Position numbers and translations under genes: made by a program. From a virus (lineage: Duplodnaviria > Caudoviricetes), in the IMG/VR virus record IMGVR_UViG_3300001450_000036, positions 1-60,194 of that record: a stretch of 60,194 bases of DNA, one strand, 5' to 3'. The notes beneath the pieces were generated by a model. That model was not told where the DNA came from. It searched no databases and worked only from the letters and a program-made list of their open reading frames with translations. How positions within the stretch are numbered: the first letter of the stretch is position 1; the number at the start of each line of letters is the position of its first letter. Positions 16,801-26,836 of this stretch are shown in pieces.

Positions 16801-17689
16801 TTTTTTTAAGTAGTTGTATCGAATCTTTTATGGTAAAAGTTTCCGGTGTTTTATCTAATTTTAATTTATTAATTACCACACTAATAATCGTAGTAAGGAT
16901 TAATGTAATCCCTAACATTATAAAAAATTGTATCCAGTAGTTGGAAAATATGTGGTACACAAAAAATAATAGTATAATACTGGTAATTACGTAACCTAAG
17001 TTATAGTACATTGTAATAATAAACTCGTAAAGTTTGGGTATATTTTTATATACGTACCCCAAACCTTTAAGTGGGTGAATGTCTGTTAGATAACGTTTAC
17101 TATCATTTTTATCTTTAAAAATAGATAATGTCAGAAATATTGTAAAACCTGTTAATAATAGGGACCATAGTAAATACACCACAAAAAATATTAGAGCTGG
17201 AAAATGCATAAGAGGTAGTTGCAAAAATTGATTTTTAAAGTCTGGGGTTTCTGTATTATATGTTCTTCTGACATTTATTACATGTTCGTCCCCATATAAC
17301 TCTTGTAGTAGTTTTAACCTATGATTGCCATTTACTATTACCCACTTTTTTTTTCTATTAAGTTTTTTTTCACGTACTAGTATATACCCATATTTTTCTG
17401 GTAGGTACCCATTTCTTTCTATACTACTTTTTAATCTTTCCCAAGGATAGATACCACAACCAGGTAAAAAGGATAAAAGTTTTGACCTTTTAATTCTAGC
17501 CCATGTATTGGTGTCTTCTTTCCACTCTTTTTTTTCTTTTTCAATATCTTCTACTGATTTCTTACCGACACTAACAAGGTGGTTTTTATATCTTCCTGAG
17601 TGAATTAGGTCTTTTATTTTAACTTTTATTATGTCTTGTGATTGTGGCTCACCAAACCAACTTTCTTGTGTTTCTTTTTTGTCTACCAT
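16790..17689 (-). CDS. ParB/Srx-like N-terminal domain fused to transmembrane helices
   Basis: LKSSIERNGY...ILV...IVNGNHRL, followed by about four hydrophobic helices. Confidence 0.65.
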   Translation of the reverse strand: MVDKKETQESWFGEPQSQDIIKVKIKDLIHSGRYKNHLVSVGKKSVEDIEKEKKEWKEDTNTWARIKRSKLLSFLPGCGIYPWERLKSSIERNGYLPEKYGYILVREKKLNRKKKWVIVNGNHRLKLLQELYGDEHVINVRRTYNTETPDFKNQFLQLPLMHFPALIFFVVYLLWSLLLTGFTIFLTLSIFKDKNDSKRYLTDIHPLKGLGYVYKNIPKLYEFIITMYYNLGYVITSIILLFFVYHIFSNYWIQFFIMLGITLILTTIISVVINKLKLDKTPETFTIKDSIQLLKKNDK

Positions 17690-17693
17690 AACC

Positions 17694-18464
17694 CTATTTT
17701 TTTTCCATTATTTTTAATATTTCGTCCCTAAAATCATAACACTTCATAATTTTATAAGTTTCGTTATTCTCATTAAACCACACTATGTAACTGTCTCCTA
17801 ATTCTAGTTCAGTATTTCTTTCAACTATTAGTTTATAGAAGGATAATTGTAAGGAGTATGTGTTTAGTTCACAAACATCTAAATGGGATAGTGGTTCCTT
17901 AAATTGTTGCCATTTATTTTCTTTTTTGATAGCTTTATTAGTTTTCCAATCCCATATTTCTAGTTTGTTAGATTTTTCGTTATAGAATAGTTGGTCAATC
18001 ATACCTGTGACACCCCATTCTTCATCACCGACAACTACCTCAGCCCTTACTGGGATAAGTTTACCAAAAGACTTATCATAAAATTCACCAAACATATTTT
18101 TTAATTTGTCGACAGCTCCCTTACATTCTAACATGTGTTCTGCCCCACCTAAAGCTTCTGTAATTTTATGTTCTGGGAACGGGAACAGTTTATTGGTTAG
18201 GAAGTTTTCAGCGTATTCATGAAAAGCAGAACCTTTTTCACATGAAAAATCTGCTTTGTATTTCCACTCTTTTAAAATCTCTTCTTTGGTTATGCCCCTC
18301 TCATCAGCTTTTTTTTGTGACCAATAATCCTTATCAAATGGATGTTTATATTTACCTATTATTGAGGTTACTGATTTTGTTTTTACCCCATCTAGGTAAT
18401 AAATGTGTTCTTTGTCATGAAACTTTATATTGTTAAATTTTGCTAATTCTCTAGTAATTTTCAT
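17694..18464 (-). CDS. PD-(D/E)XK exonuclease (phage Exo/Cas4-like)
   Basis: SVT, GSAFH, E...GMIDQL...WDWKT, YSLQLSFY. Confidence 0.85.
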   Translation of the reverse strand: MKITRELAKFNNIKFHDKEHIYYLDGVKTKSVTSIIGKYKHPFDKDYWSQKKADERGITKEEILKEWKYKADFSCEKGSAFHEYAENFLTNKLFPFPEHKITEALGGAEHMLECKGAVDKLKNMFGEFYDKSFGKLIPVRAEVVVGDEEWGVTGMIDQLFYNEKSNKLEIWDWKTNKAIKKENKWQQFKEPLSHLDVCELNTYSLQLSFYKLIVERNTELELGDSYIVWFNENNETYKIMKCYDFRDEILKIMEKK

Positions 18465-18465
18465 T

Positions 18466-19380
18466 TTATAATAATGTTATTTCTTCTAGTCCTTTTATCC
18501 CACCTAACTCACCAACATCCTTGTCCTTAGGTACTTTTAAAAGTCTTATTTTTCCATTGAGTTTGCCTCCCTCAAGTTTTCTATATAATTTCCTTGCGTC
18601 ATCCCAGGCATCACCATCTAAGCATATAACTATATTCTTTTTACAATTGTCATATAATTTTGCCCATAACTTATCACTCACACTCTTACCTAAAAGTGGT
18701 ACAGAATTTTCAATAAAAAACATATCAAAAACCCCTTCTACCAAATATATATCTTTTTCCCAATTTATTAAATGTTCATTAAATATTATTTTATCTTTTT
18801 CAGCCTCAGGATTTTTATATTTATTTTTGTGTCCCACATATGACCTAGAAACAAAATAATTAATTTCATTATTTTCATCAAAAGATGGGACGATAATTCT
18901 TCCTCTATATTTACCTTCAGTGGTGTACCCCAAACAGTAGTGATTTATTAATTTATCACTTATGTTTCTTTTTCTTAAATAGTTGTAAGCCTCTTTATAT
19001 GGTATTGTAAGTTTATTTGCTTTACTAAACGATATATATTCTTTAGGTAAGGTTACCTCTTCATATTTTCTTTCTACTTTTTTAATAAAGTCACCACCTA
19101 TAAGTCTCCAAGTACTTTTATTTCTTTTAGTGCCCCATTTAAGAAATAATTTATTTAAAGAACCGTGAGTACTATAAGTTTCTGAACATGACCAACATTT
19201 AAATACTCCTTGGTAGTAGTTGACTTCGAAGTTACCCTTACCGTCTCCCTTATCTAGCCCTTTAATATCGTAAGAGCAAACAGGACAATCAAACGATATC
19301 TGTCCTTTACTAGGATAGTGAGCGTTTATATCCCCTAATACATCTTGTAATAGTTCTAATAGTAGTGGTGAATCTTCCAT
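18466..19380 (-). CDS. dnaG: DNA primase (zinc finger plus Toprim)
   Basis: CPVC...CWSC, YLRKR, RIIVP, KYKN, VEGVFD, LDGDA. Confidence 0.9.
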   Translation of the reverse strand: MEDSPLLLELLQDVLGDINAHYPSKGQISFDCPVCSYDIKGLDKGDGKGNFEVNYYQGVFKCWSCSETYSTHGSLNKLFLKWGTKRNKSTWRLIGGDFIKKVERKYEEVTLPKEYISFSKANKLTIPYKEAYNYLRKRNISDKLINHYCLGYTTEGKYRGRIIVPSFDENNEINYFVSRSYVGHKNKYKNPEAEKDKIIFNEHLINWEKDIYLVEGVFDMFFIENSVPLLGKSVSDKLWAKLYDNCKKNIVICLDGDAWDDARKLYRKLEGGKLNGKIRLLKVPKDKDVGELGGIKGLEEITLL

Positions 19381-19384
19381 AAGA

Positions 19385-19415
19385 TAAATGTATGGAATTT
19401 TTTATAGGGAATCAA
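19385..19415 (-). promoter_or_regulatory. Putative leaderless promoter TTGA-N19-TACATTTA-N4-ATG
   Basis: Coding strand TTGATT-N17-TACATT-N6-ATG(19380). It fills almost the whole intergenic gap. Confidence 0.65.
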
Positions 19416-20012
19416 TTACCAAATTTCATTTTGTTTCATGTAACCTAAAACACAAGCGTAAGCGTCACACATATCAAAATTTTCTTTTTTAAGTGTGTTA
19501 TTTCTTGTGTATGCCCAACTTAATTCTGGTAGTATGTTTGATACTTGTTGCCAAATAATGTGTTTTTTATCACAACCAACCTCATACCCACCAAATAAAA
19601 CTTTTCTACCTTTATTATTTTCCCGTACTAGGTTTGGAAAAGCGAATTTTCTAGAGTTGTATGTAGATATAAAGTTAGGGACAATACCCAATACATCGTA
19701 GATACATCTAGTGATAAAAGAATTATACCTCATCAAAGTAGCTACTGTACGAATATTATTTGAGTTTATTAGTGGTTCTTCTATTATGATTTTTGTTATT
19801 CCTAGATTTTTATAATCTATTAATTTATTTTTAAAATGGTCCACTTTAATAAGCATCTCCTCAATCTTATCTTCTTTTTTTGGTTTAACTTTGGGTGAGA
19901 AGTGGGTGAGTTCTAATAAATCTTGGGTTTGTAGGTCAAAAAGTGCCCAACCTATTGTTTTTGTAGATATATCTAACCCTAATACTTTAGGGGTTTTTCC
20001 TAATTTTTCCAT
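19416..20012 (-). CDS. RuvC-like Holliday junction resolvase
   Basis: LGLDISTKTIGW, IIIEEP, DMCDA (RNase H-fold acidic tetrad). Confidence 0.8.
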   Translation of the reverse strand: MEKLGKTPKVLGLDISTKTIGWALFDLQTQDLLELTHFSPKVKPKKEDKIEEMLIKVDHFKNKLIDYKNLGITKIIIEEPLINSNNIRTVATLMRYNSFITRCIYDVLGIVPNFISTYNSRKFAFPNLVRENNKGRKVLFGGYEVGCDKKHIIWQQVSNILPELSWAYTRNNTLKKENFDMCDAYACVLGYMKQNEIW

Positions 20013-20021
20013 ACAATAAAT

Positions 20022-21188
20022 TTAGAAAGTAAGAATCAATTGTAAAGTGGTTGGTGTGTTCTTCTTTTTTTCTATTGGTCTATCTGGTTTGGCTATAGCT
20101 AATAACTTATTTTGTGCGTCATATAACCCTATTTCAGTAATGTAGGTTGAGCTAACGTCTGAAAGATTCCAAACATTTTGTATATCACCAAAAGGGGTTT
20201 TAAATTGTATCCCAGTATCTAATCCACCTGCTCCGTAATATGGTGCATCAGCACTAGACGCTGTTTGGTTTTCTGTTATATAAAATTCGTCGGACCCAGC
20301 AACTAAATCTAACTGTATTTGAATTTCTTTTTCAAATGAGTAGTAGCTACATGATGCTGATGTACCCGCAGTATAAAATATTTGTGTAAATGCAGAAGAT
20401 GGTCCATCATATAATTTTGTAGATGCGGAAGACGCTCCTGAAAAATCAAAATGTTTTCGTAGGGTTGGGTCTGTAATTACAGCAAATCCTTTATCTAGAT
20501 AAATCAGTCCCACTGGTAGGTCTTGTGATTGAGCATAAGCCTTAGGTGTGTTTGAACTAGAGACTACGTCCGTAAATCTAAAGTTGTCGGTACCCCCATT
20601 AGGGTATCCGTTAGGTATTACATTAATTTTCCACCCATCTGACCAGTTAGTTATGTTTGTAATTGAACTCGCTAAAGAAGGTTTCCTAATGTCATCACAA
20701 AATAAAAACGCTACGTTTGATGTTGCCATACCTGGACTTCCTTTTATGTTACCTGGTATTGTTGGATTTCCAAAATATTCTGCAGCATCTGAATTATCGG
20801 ATGATGTTGGTAGTGGGTCGTAATAAGAACTATAAAGTGTGTATGTACCACCAGTATCATTATGGAACATTAACTTTACTGTTCTTCCATCTATAAGGGT
20901 ACCGTATTCTGTACTTGGTAGGTCTACAACAATTATGTCATCTTGACTAAGTGCACTCACACCATTTCTTGCCCATGTAGACTCAAAAGTTGTTACATTA
21001 CCAGAAGTTGCTGGTAAAGAAAATGAAGAATATAGGTTAGAGAATGCTCGTCCATTATTTGGGTCTCTTTGTGCAGCTGTAAATTTTAAAGTACTTCCAC
21101 TAATAGTATTCCAACCGTTTCCACTAAAAGGAACGACTAATGTTTTTATACTTTTTTGATTATTTTGTATTTTTTTAAGTTTTCCCAT
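20022..21188 (-). CDS. Virion structural protein (tail/baseplate) with C-terminal ITEIGLYD module
   Basis: S/T/G-rich. Ends YITEIGLYDAQNKLLAIAKPDRPIEK, like tail-collar/fibre-attachment domains. Confidence 0.7.
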   Translation of the reverse strand: MGKLKKIQNNQKSIKTLVVPFSGNGWNTISGSTLKFTAAQRDPNNGRAFSNLYSSFSLPATSGNVTTFESTWARNGVSALSQDDIIVVDLPSTEYGTLIDGRTVKLMFHNDTGGTYTLYSSYYDPLPTSSDNSDAAEYFGNPTIPGNIKGSPGMATSNVAFLFCDDIRKPSLASSITNITNWSDGWKINVIPNGYPNGGTDNFRFTDVVSSSNTPKAYAQSQDLPVGLIYLDKGFAVITDPTLRKHFDFSGASSASTKLYDGPSSAFTQIFYTAGTSASCSYYSFEKEIQIQLDLVAGSDEFYITENQTASSADAPYYGAGGLDTGIQFKTPFGDIQNVWNLSDVSSTYITEIGLYDAQNKLLAIAKPDRPIEKKKNTPTTLQLILTF

Positions 21189-21189
21189 T

Positions 21190-21621
21190 TTAAATCCAGT
21201 TTTTATAATTATTCGAGTTAGGGTTTGTATCCAAAGTTAATGAACTTTTACCAGCAAAGTAAAGCATAACCATATGAAATGGACTTCCGTCTGAACGTCC
21301 ATTATCATTTTCCTGTATACCAGGAAAAGGGTCTTTTTTAGATATTGTATTACTATTAGGGTAATTAACAAACATAACTTTACCTTTGTTAGGTGGTGTT
21401 AGAGCTGTAATATATTTAGACGCTTTATAGTTTGCACTATACTCACCTGGTGTACCATAAAACTTTAACCCATTATTTGCTCTAATAGAATCAACAAACC
21501 TACTTCCACCCCCAGGAATAGACTGGGTATCAAAATACATAAGTTGTTGGGTTCCCGCTTTTATACTATTTTCAGTATAATTACTATGTTTTCTATAAAA
21601 TTCTAATGCTCTTGTATTCAT
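21190..21621 (-). CDS. Hypothetical protein in the structural module
   Basis: 143-aa ORF tightly coupled to its neighbours. Confidence 0.7.
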   Translation of the reverse strand: MNTRALEFYRKHSNYTENSIKAGTQQLMYFDTQSIPGGGSRFVDSIRANNGLKFYGTPGEYSANYKASKYITALTPPNKGKVMFVNYPNSNTISKKDPFPGIQENDNGRSDGSPFHMVMLYFAGKSSLTLDTNPNSNNYKNWI

Positions 21622-21623
21622 AA

Positions 21624-23510
21624 TTATATTTGTATTTTTTGTCCACTTATTAATTTTCTATATAATGATTTACCACCTTCTGTTTGCCACGAGTAAGTAC
21701 TACCTGTTGTGTGTCCATGACCTCTTGGGTCGTCAGAATAAGAAGATTGGTCGGCTCCTGCTTCTCCATACCACTTAAATGTTGCGTTGTCATATATTCT
21801 ATAGTAATTTTGTGAATCTACATTCTTATATGAAATAGAATTAGTTACTGCCTTTTTATTAAACTTAAATCTTACTGTAACCGTACAAGGTGCGGCACTT
21901 GGGTCCGCCACAGAAAATATTTGCCATCTTATAGGTATAGATATATTATAGTCAGTTAGACTAGCACCACTCACTCCACTTTTAAACCCACCTGAGTAGG
22001 TATCAGTTTGCCAGAAATTGTTATTTTGTCCACCCACATTAACAAAAATTCCATCAGCCATTTTCATCATTCTAGTAGCTAAGGTATAGTATGGTTGTTG
22101 TTGTGAACTTACTCTTGCTGCTACTGAGACCTTAGCGTTATCTTTTGAAGGGTATAGGTTAAAGTATGGTGAAGAACTTAGTAATCCTTGTTGGGACCTG
22201 TTCCAACTAGAACTGTATTCTAGTGACCCTAACATTAATCCAAATGTATCTACTGGGTTGGTTGTGTCTGTAATTTGTATACCTTTATTTTCTCTACCAT
22301 TTACATTTATATACCCACCTACTTGTGTTGTTAATCTTTCTATTTTAATTGGGTAGTAAGTTGGACTTAAATCACTAGTAGCTACATTAAGTACTAGTCT
22401 GGCACTTGGGATTGTGGTTGTTATGTTGTCATAACCTTTATCTCCGAAACCTCCTGTGTTTGTGGTAACAACACTTTCCATATCTATACTGGTTACAAAC
22501 CCAACAAAAACTGACTTAATGTCGTACTGGTCACTGGACCACCCGTTTAAAGTATTATTCATATTAAACATAGGGTAGGCATTGGTATTACTATCCCAAG
22601 CACTTAGTCCCCCAGCATTTATATAACCCGTATCATAAGCCCCAAACCCTATACCAGCACTTCCCGTTCCTCTGATATAACGTGAAGAAGATTCATTTAA
22701 ACCCGGTGCAAATACCATAGAGAATGGTGATGCAATTTTTGTACCTTTTATATTAGTGCCCGCATAATCTATACCGTTATGTTCTCCTCTATTCATAAAA
22801 GCACCTCCAGCTAATGCTAATGCATTGTAGTAAGAATAGTCTTTGTCTGCTACTAACTTTACGGTACCACCTCTTAGTGACGTTCCGTCATATATTTTTA
22901 TAGACTCCCAAAAGTTTAAATATTGTGTTAAACCATATTCAGATAAAGTATTTAGTAGTTGGTTGTAGTCCGTAGTATTTTTTACATCTAAAGTATCACT
23001 AAAGTAAGTATTAAAATCTGCTGTGATTCCTGTAGGATTACTGGAGAGTACTTGTTTGTGGTCGTTTACATATCTAGAGGCTAATAACTTACATAATACA
23101 AAATAGTCATGTAAATACACATCTATTTCTACATTATCCCTATAATAGTCTACTTGGTTATTTTTATTTAAAAATCCTAGTGCAACATATTTTTTAGGAT
23201 TAGTTAGTACATTACTACTAGCTGGGGTTACGTGTACAAAATCTTTTTGTTTATAACCACTACTTACTGCATTTCTAAATGTAGTGTCATTACCTGTTAC
23301 ATCTGGTAAAAACCCTAATTGTGCGGAGTTATTACTAGTTGTTGTGGTATCTGCGTGTTTTTGTGTATTTCTATAATCAATATCACTGTCAGAAATACCA
23401 AACTTATCAAATAAACCCATAAAATTAGAAGAAGTTAGCATTCTTTCTCTAGCATCTTCAGTGAGTTGTATTCGTATTGTTGTTGTTGTTGCACTTTTAA
23501 TATATCCCAT
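21624..23510 (-). CDS. Virion structural protein
   Basis: N-terminus MGY...LTEDARERM...FGISDSDIDY is shared with the two upstream genes. Confidence 0.7.
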   Translation of the reverse strand: MGYIKSATTTTIRIQLTEDARERMLTSSNFMGLFDKFGISDSDIDYRNTQKHADTTTTSNNSAQLGFLPDVTGNDTTFRNAVSSGYKQKDFVHVTPASSNVLTNPKKYVALGFLNKNNQVDYYRDNVEIDVYLHDYFVLCKLLASRYVNDHKQVLSSNPTGITADFNTYFSDTLDVKNTTDYNQLLNTLSEYGLTQYLNFWESIKIYDGTSLRGGTVKLVADKDYSYYNALALAGGAFMNRGEHNGIDYAGTNIKGTKIASPFSMVFAPGLNESSSRYIRGTGSAGIGFGAYDTGYINAGGLSAWDSNTNAYPMFNMNNTLNGWSSDQYDIKSVFVGFVTSIDMESVVTTNTGGFGDKGYDNITTTIPSARLVLNVATSDLSPTYYPIKIERLTTQVGGYINVNGRENKGIQITDTTNPVDTFGLMLGSLEYSSSWNRSQQGLLSSSPYFNLYPSKDNAKVSVAARVSSQQQPYYTLATRMMKMADGIFVNVGGQNNNFWQTDTYSGGFKSGVSGASLTDYNISIPIRWQIFSVADPSAAPCTVTVRFKFNKKAVTNSISYKNVDSQNYYRIYDNATFKWYGEAGADQSSYSDDPRGHGHTTGSTYSWQTEGGKSLYRKLISGQKIQI

Positions 23511-23561
23511 ATTAGTATTCTCTTATTATATAATTATCTACTTATCCAATTTATTTTATTA

Positions 23562-24341
23562 TTATATACACCCTATACAATCTCCATTACATGGTGAATC
23601 TTTACCTAAATGTTCACAAAGTAAACAAAAAACTTCTTTATCACTACAAAAATTCATTATATCCTTTCCTGCATGTTTCATACAATTAATGAATATATTA
23701 AAATCTGTCATATCAACCATACCGTCACCATTAAAATCACCAACTAACTCCTGTGTACCATCTTGTTCATTACCCATTAGATTTAAAAATATTTTTAAAT
23801 CATCTACATCTATCTCCCTATTATGGTTAAAATCTGCACACGTCCAACAAAATGATGGAAAAAAAGTAACTACAGAATGACTAAGTTTCCAACAGGTATT
23901 AAATATACCACTATCAGGATTTTCTATATCTGTTGATTTATTGGGTGGGTTGTATTTTAACCAAATATTGGATGGTTGTGGTGCTACCCCTAGACTAGTA
24001 GTCAATAACTTAGATACTCCAGTTTGTATTTCATATCTTGGTCCTACCATAACACTAGCATAAGTCACTAAACCCCCAGACATAGTAGTTAGTTCTCCTC
24101 CTCTTGAGTCGGGTAAATCATAAAAACACGAACTACTTAACGCACTTAATCCACTTTCACTCTGACATGTACCTCCAGTAGTAAATCTTCTATAATCTAT
24201 ATCTTTATCACTTAAACCAAATTTTTCAATAGAATTATATAAACTACCTGTAGAAGCTAAAGTAAATTTACCATAATCCGATAGGTATAATCTAAATGTA
24301 TTACCAGATAGTGAATTATTATGTATATCTAAGTACGCCAT
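23562..24341 (-). CDS. Virion structural protein with dockerin-like double EF-hand domain
   Basis: ADFNHNREIDVDDL and GDFNGDGMVDMTDF, Cys-rich C-terminus, N-terminal motif shared with neighbours. Confidence 0.7.
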   Translation of the reverse strand: MAYLDIHNNSLSGNTFRLYLSDYGKFTLASTGSLYNSIEKFGLSDKDIDYRRFTTGGTCQSESGLSALSSSCFYDLPDSRGGELTTMSGGLVTYASVMVGPRYEIQTGVSKLLTTSLGVAPQPSNIWLKYNPPNKSTDIENPDSGIFNTCWKLSHSVVTFFPSFCWTCADFNHNREIDVDDLKIFLNLMGNEQDGTQELVGDFNGDGMVDMTDFNIFINCMKHAGKDIMNFCSDKEVFCLLCEHLGKDSPCNGDCIGCI

Positions 24342-26767
24342 TAAAAATCAATAGATATTGTAAATTGCTGTGTGCCCGTTCTATCTACTGGTGATTGCAG
24401 TTTAGCAATAGCCATTAAATCGGGAAACCCATTTTCGTTATCATACAAACCAATTTCAGTAATTTTTGGTGTTACTCCTGGATTCGTTGCAACTGCCGTG
24501 TAGTCTACCCATGTTGGGTTGGTTGATGTTAAATATTGTGTTGACCCTAATTGCACTACGTGTCTCATTTCATAGATTGTTGCCATTATATCTGTTTCTA
24601 ACGTACCGTAAAAGAAATATTCGTCACCAAATTGTAATTGACCTTCGTCAGTTTGTGGTATGGTTATAAAATCATTTAAATTGTAAGCTGTCATTGCGGA
24701 AACAGTATTATATATACACCCACTATCTGTGTCATTACCAGTTAAATAAAATGTGTGGTTAATTAAATTTGTAGCTAATATTTTATTACCCACTGTGTGG
24801 TTAGGTATTTCAGATGTGACATCTTTATACTTCCAAGCTGAAGAAGAAGGTTCAGTCCCACTAGCTACCACTTGTGTTAATATATAAAGTCTGTCAGCCT
24901 CAAAACCAGTACCACTAAATGCGTTTAGTAGTCCTGAAGCATTCCCTAAGTCTCTTAAGTATGGGAATTCTGCACCAAATGTTATTCCAACATCAAAAAG
25001 ATTTTCACCAACACCTAAAGTTTCATAAACATAATAATTACAATGAAGTCCTGTAGAGGTCCCTGCACTATTATAGAACATATATGTTAAGTATATTGAG
25101 TCTGTTTCTGCTTGGATAACACCGGTTGTACATCCCGTAGAACATGTAGTACCAGCTGGTATTTTTTCTACTTTTGGTGCTGGTAAAGTAAAACTTCTAT
25201 TAGATTTATACGACATTGCTGTCAATAATTCTTCATCGTCTATAACCATCATCTTATAGTCTGGGAATACTTTACCTACCCTATTAGGGGTATTACCACT
25301 ACCTGAATTATCATCCCATAGATGATAATATCTTAAACCATCATCATTCATATTACTATTAGGGGTAGATAACATTACATGTGGATTTCCATCTGCTGGA
25401 AATGCTCCTGGATATCCTGGTGGGTCAACATAAAAAGTTTGTCCCAAAATTGTTTCATTACCTGCTCCACTACCAGTACCAGAACCTATAGCATTTTTCT
25501 TATGCCACATTAACCAAGGTAAGTGTAACTTAAAGTTTCTAGCCTCTCCAATACAACTCTGTGACCCACAGAAAGCTTGTTGTTTTAAAGCAAATTTTTC
25601 ACCATAAAAATCAGTTGTTGTGTTGTTGGTATAATGAATCATTCCCGCACATTTTTGTTCAGATGGTAATACAACACGTAAGTTATCCCAAGAATCATAA
25701 TAAAAAGTGCCACCTATAACATTAGGGTGGTAACTATCAATATATTGGTCGCTAAATGATTGTCCATTATTACTATTTAATCCAAAATATTCTTTAGAAC
25801 CACAATAACCACTAGAACCATAATGGGTATCCCCTAAAAATACAGTAGTATCTACTCCAGCTACAGTTTGGGTCCAATTGATATTCATATTCCATATCTT
25901 AGTATCTGTAGTATTTAAACTTGCACAATTATTAAACGATAAGGTATCGTTACACCAATACGTACTAGTTGCTGCAGTACTATATATACTAGAAGTAGTC
26001 ATTGGGTTTGCGGATAAGGGTGGATACACCCTAACATGAGCACATACTCCTGTAATACCTGAATATTGTGCGGCGGTATAGTTAGGTAAATTTCTATCTA
26101 CTGTAATATTTAGTTCTATCGCGGTTTGTCCTGAATTAGTGTTTCCTGCTTGAACTTGGTAAAATAGTGTTTGTGAAGCTGCTGTATAGTTTAATTGAGC
26201 ACAGTCGTTACCAAAAAATTCATATGTAACAGAAATTAAATCTCCATTTACTGGTGTGTAGCTTTGCGTACCACAATTTGCACTTGTTATCTGCATACTA
26301 CTTGTCCCTGTCATTGCTGACACACAGAATAACCAATTAGAAGATAGTGTGTAGTTTGAATTTGTTTGAGCTGTAAAATATGTATATACACCCGGAGTGG
26401 TTGTACTAGGTACTTCAAAAAACCCTCTGGCTGTAGCAGTATTAAACACTTCTTCATGTACATGTTGTGGTATTGTTGGTCCAAATGTGTCACCACTAGT
26501 TATACCCCCACTAATAGGGTATTTTACATGCCCTTTATTTTTTTCAGGTAACGGTAATATATTTTGTGCATTGTGTTCTGCTTGTAAAATATTCAATCCA
26601 ACATATTGTGATGGTAAAGTTGTGTTATAACAGTTATAACACATTTCACTATCCCCCAACTGGAATAACCCAATATTTAATTTACCTTCTGATAATTTTT
26701 TTCTACCGGCGTCTGTTAACCGTGCAACAATCGCTCCTTGTGTGTTGTTTTTAATTATATAACTCAT
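24341..26767 (-). CDS. Virion structural protein (tail-collar/fibre-attachment-like ends)
   Basis: N-terminal ARLTDAGRKKL...FQLGDSE and C-terminal ITEIGLYD...MAIAKLQSP. Confidence 0.75.
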   Translation of the reverse strand: MSYIIKNNTQGAIVARLTDAGRKKLSEGKLNIGLFQLGDSEMCYNCYNTTLPSQYVGLNILQAEHNAQNILPLPEKNKGHVKYPISGGITSGDTFGPTIPQHVHEEVFNTATARGFFEVPSTTTPGVYTYFTAQTNSNYTLSSNWLFCVSAMTGTSSMQITSANCGTQSYTPVNGDLISVTYEFFGNDCAQLNYTAASQTLFYQVQAGNTNSGQTAIELNITVDRNLPNYTAAQYSGITGVCAHVRVYPPLSANPMTTSSIYSTAATSTYWCNDTLSFNNCASLNTTDTKIWNMNINWTQTVAGVDTTVFLGDTHYGSSGYCGSKEYFGLNSNNGQSFSDQYIDSYHPNVIGGTFYYDSWDNLRVVLPSEQKCAGMIHYTNNTTTDFYGEKFALKQQAFCGSQSCIGEARNFKLHLPWLMWHKKNAIGSGTGSGAGNETILGQTFYVDPPGYPGAFPADGNPHVMLSTPNSNMNDDGLRYYHLWDDNSGSGNTPNRVGKVFPDYKMMVIDDEELLTAMSYKSNRSFTLPAPKVEKIPAGTTCSTGCTTGVIQAETDSIYLTYMFYNSAGTSTGLHCNYYVYETLGVGENLFDVGITFGAEFPYLRDLGNASGLLNAFSGTGFEADRLYILTQVVASGTEPSSSAWKYKDVTSEIPNHTVGNKILATNLINHTFYLTGNDTDSGCIYNTVSAMTAYNLNDFITIPQTDEGQLQFGDEYFFYGTLETDIMATIYEMRHVVQLGSTQYLTSTNPTWVDYTAVATNPGVTPKITEIGLYDNENGFPDLMAIAKLQSPVDRTGTQQFTISIDF

Positions 26768-26836
26768 AGTTTTTTTCCTTTAATCATAAATACATTTTAT
26801 TTTGTTTTATACCCCCTGTAATTTAAAGTCATTATA

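Noticed and set aside
17694-20012. Cas4-like and RuvC-like genes as parts of a CRISPR or TnpB system
   Set aside because: No repeat-spacer array, Cas1/Cas2 or transposon ends. The flanking primase and SbcCD indicate a replication/recombination role.
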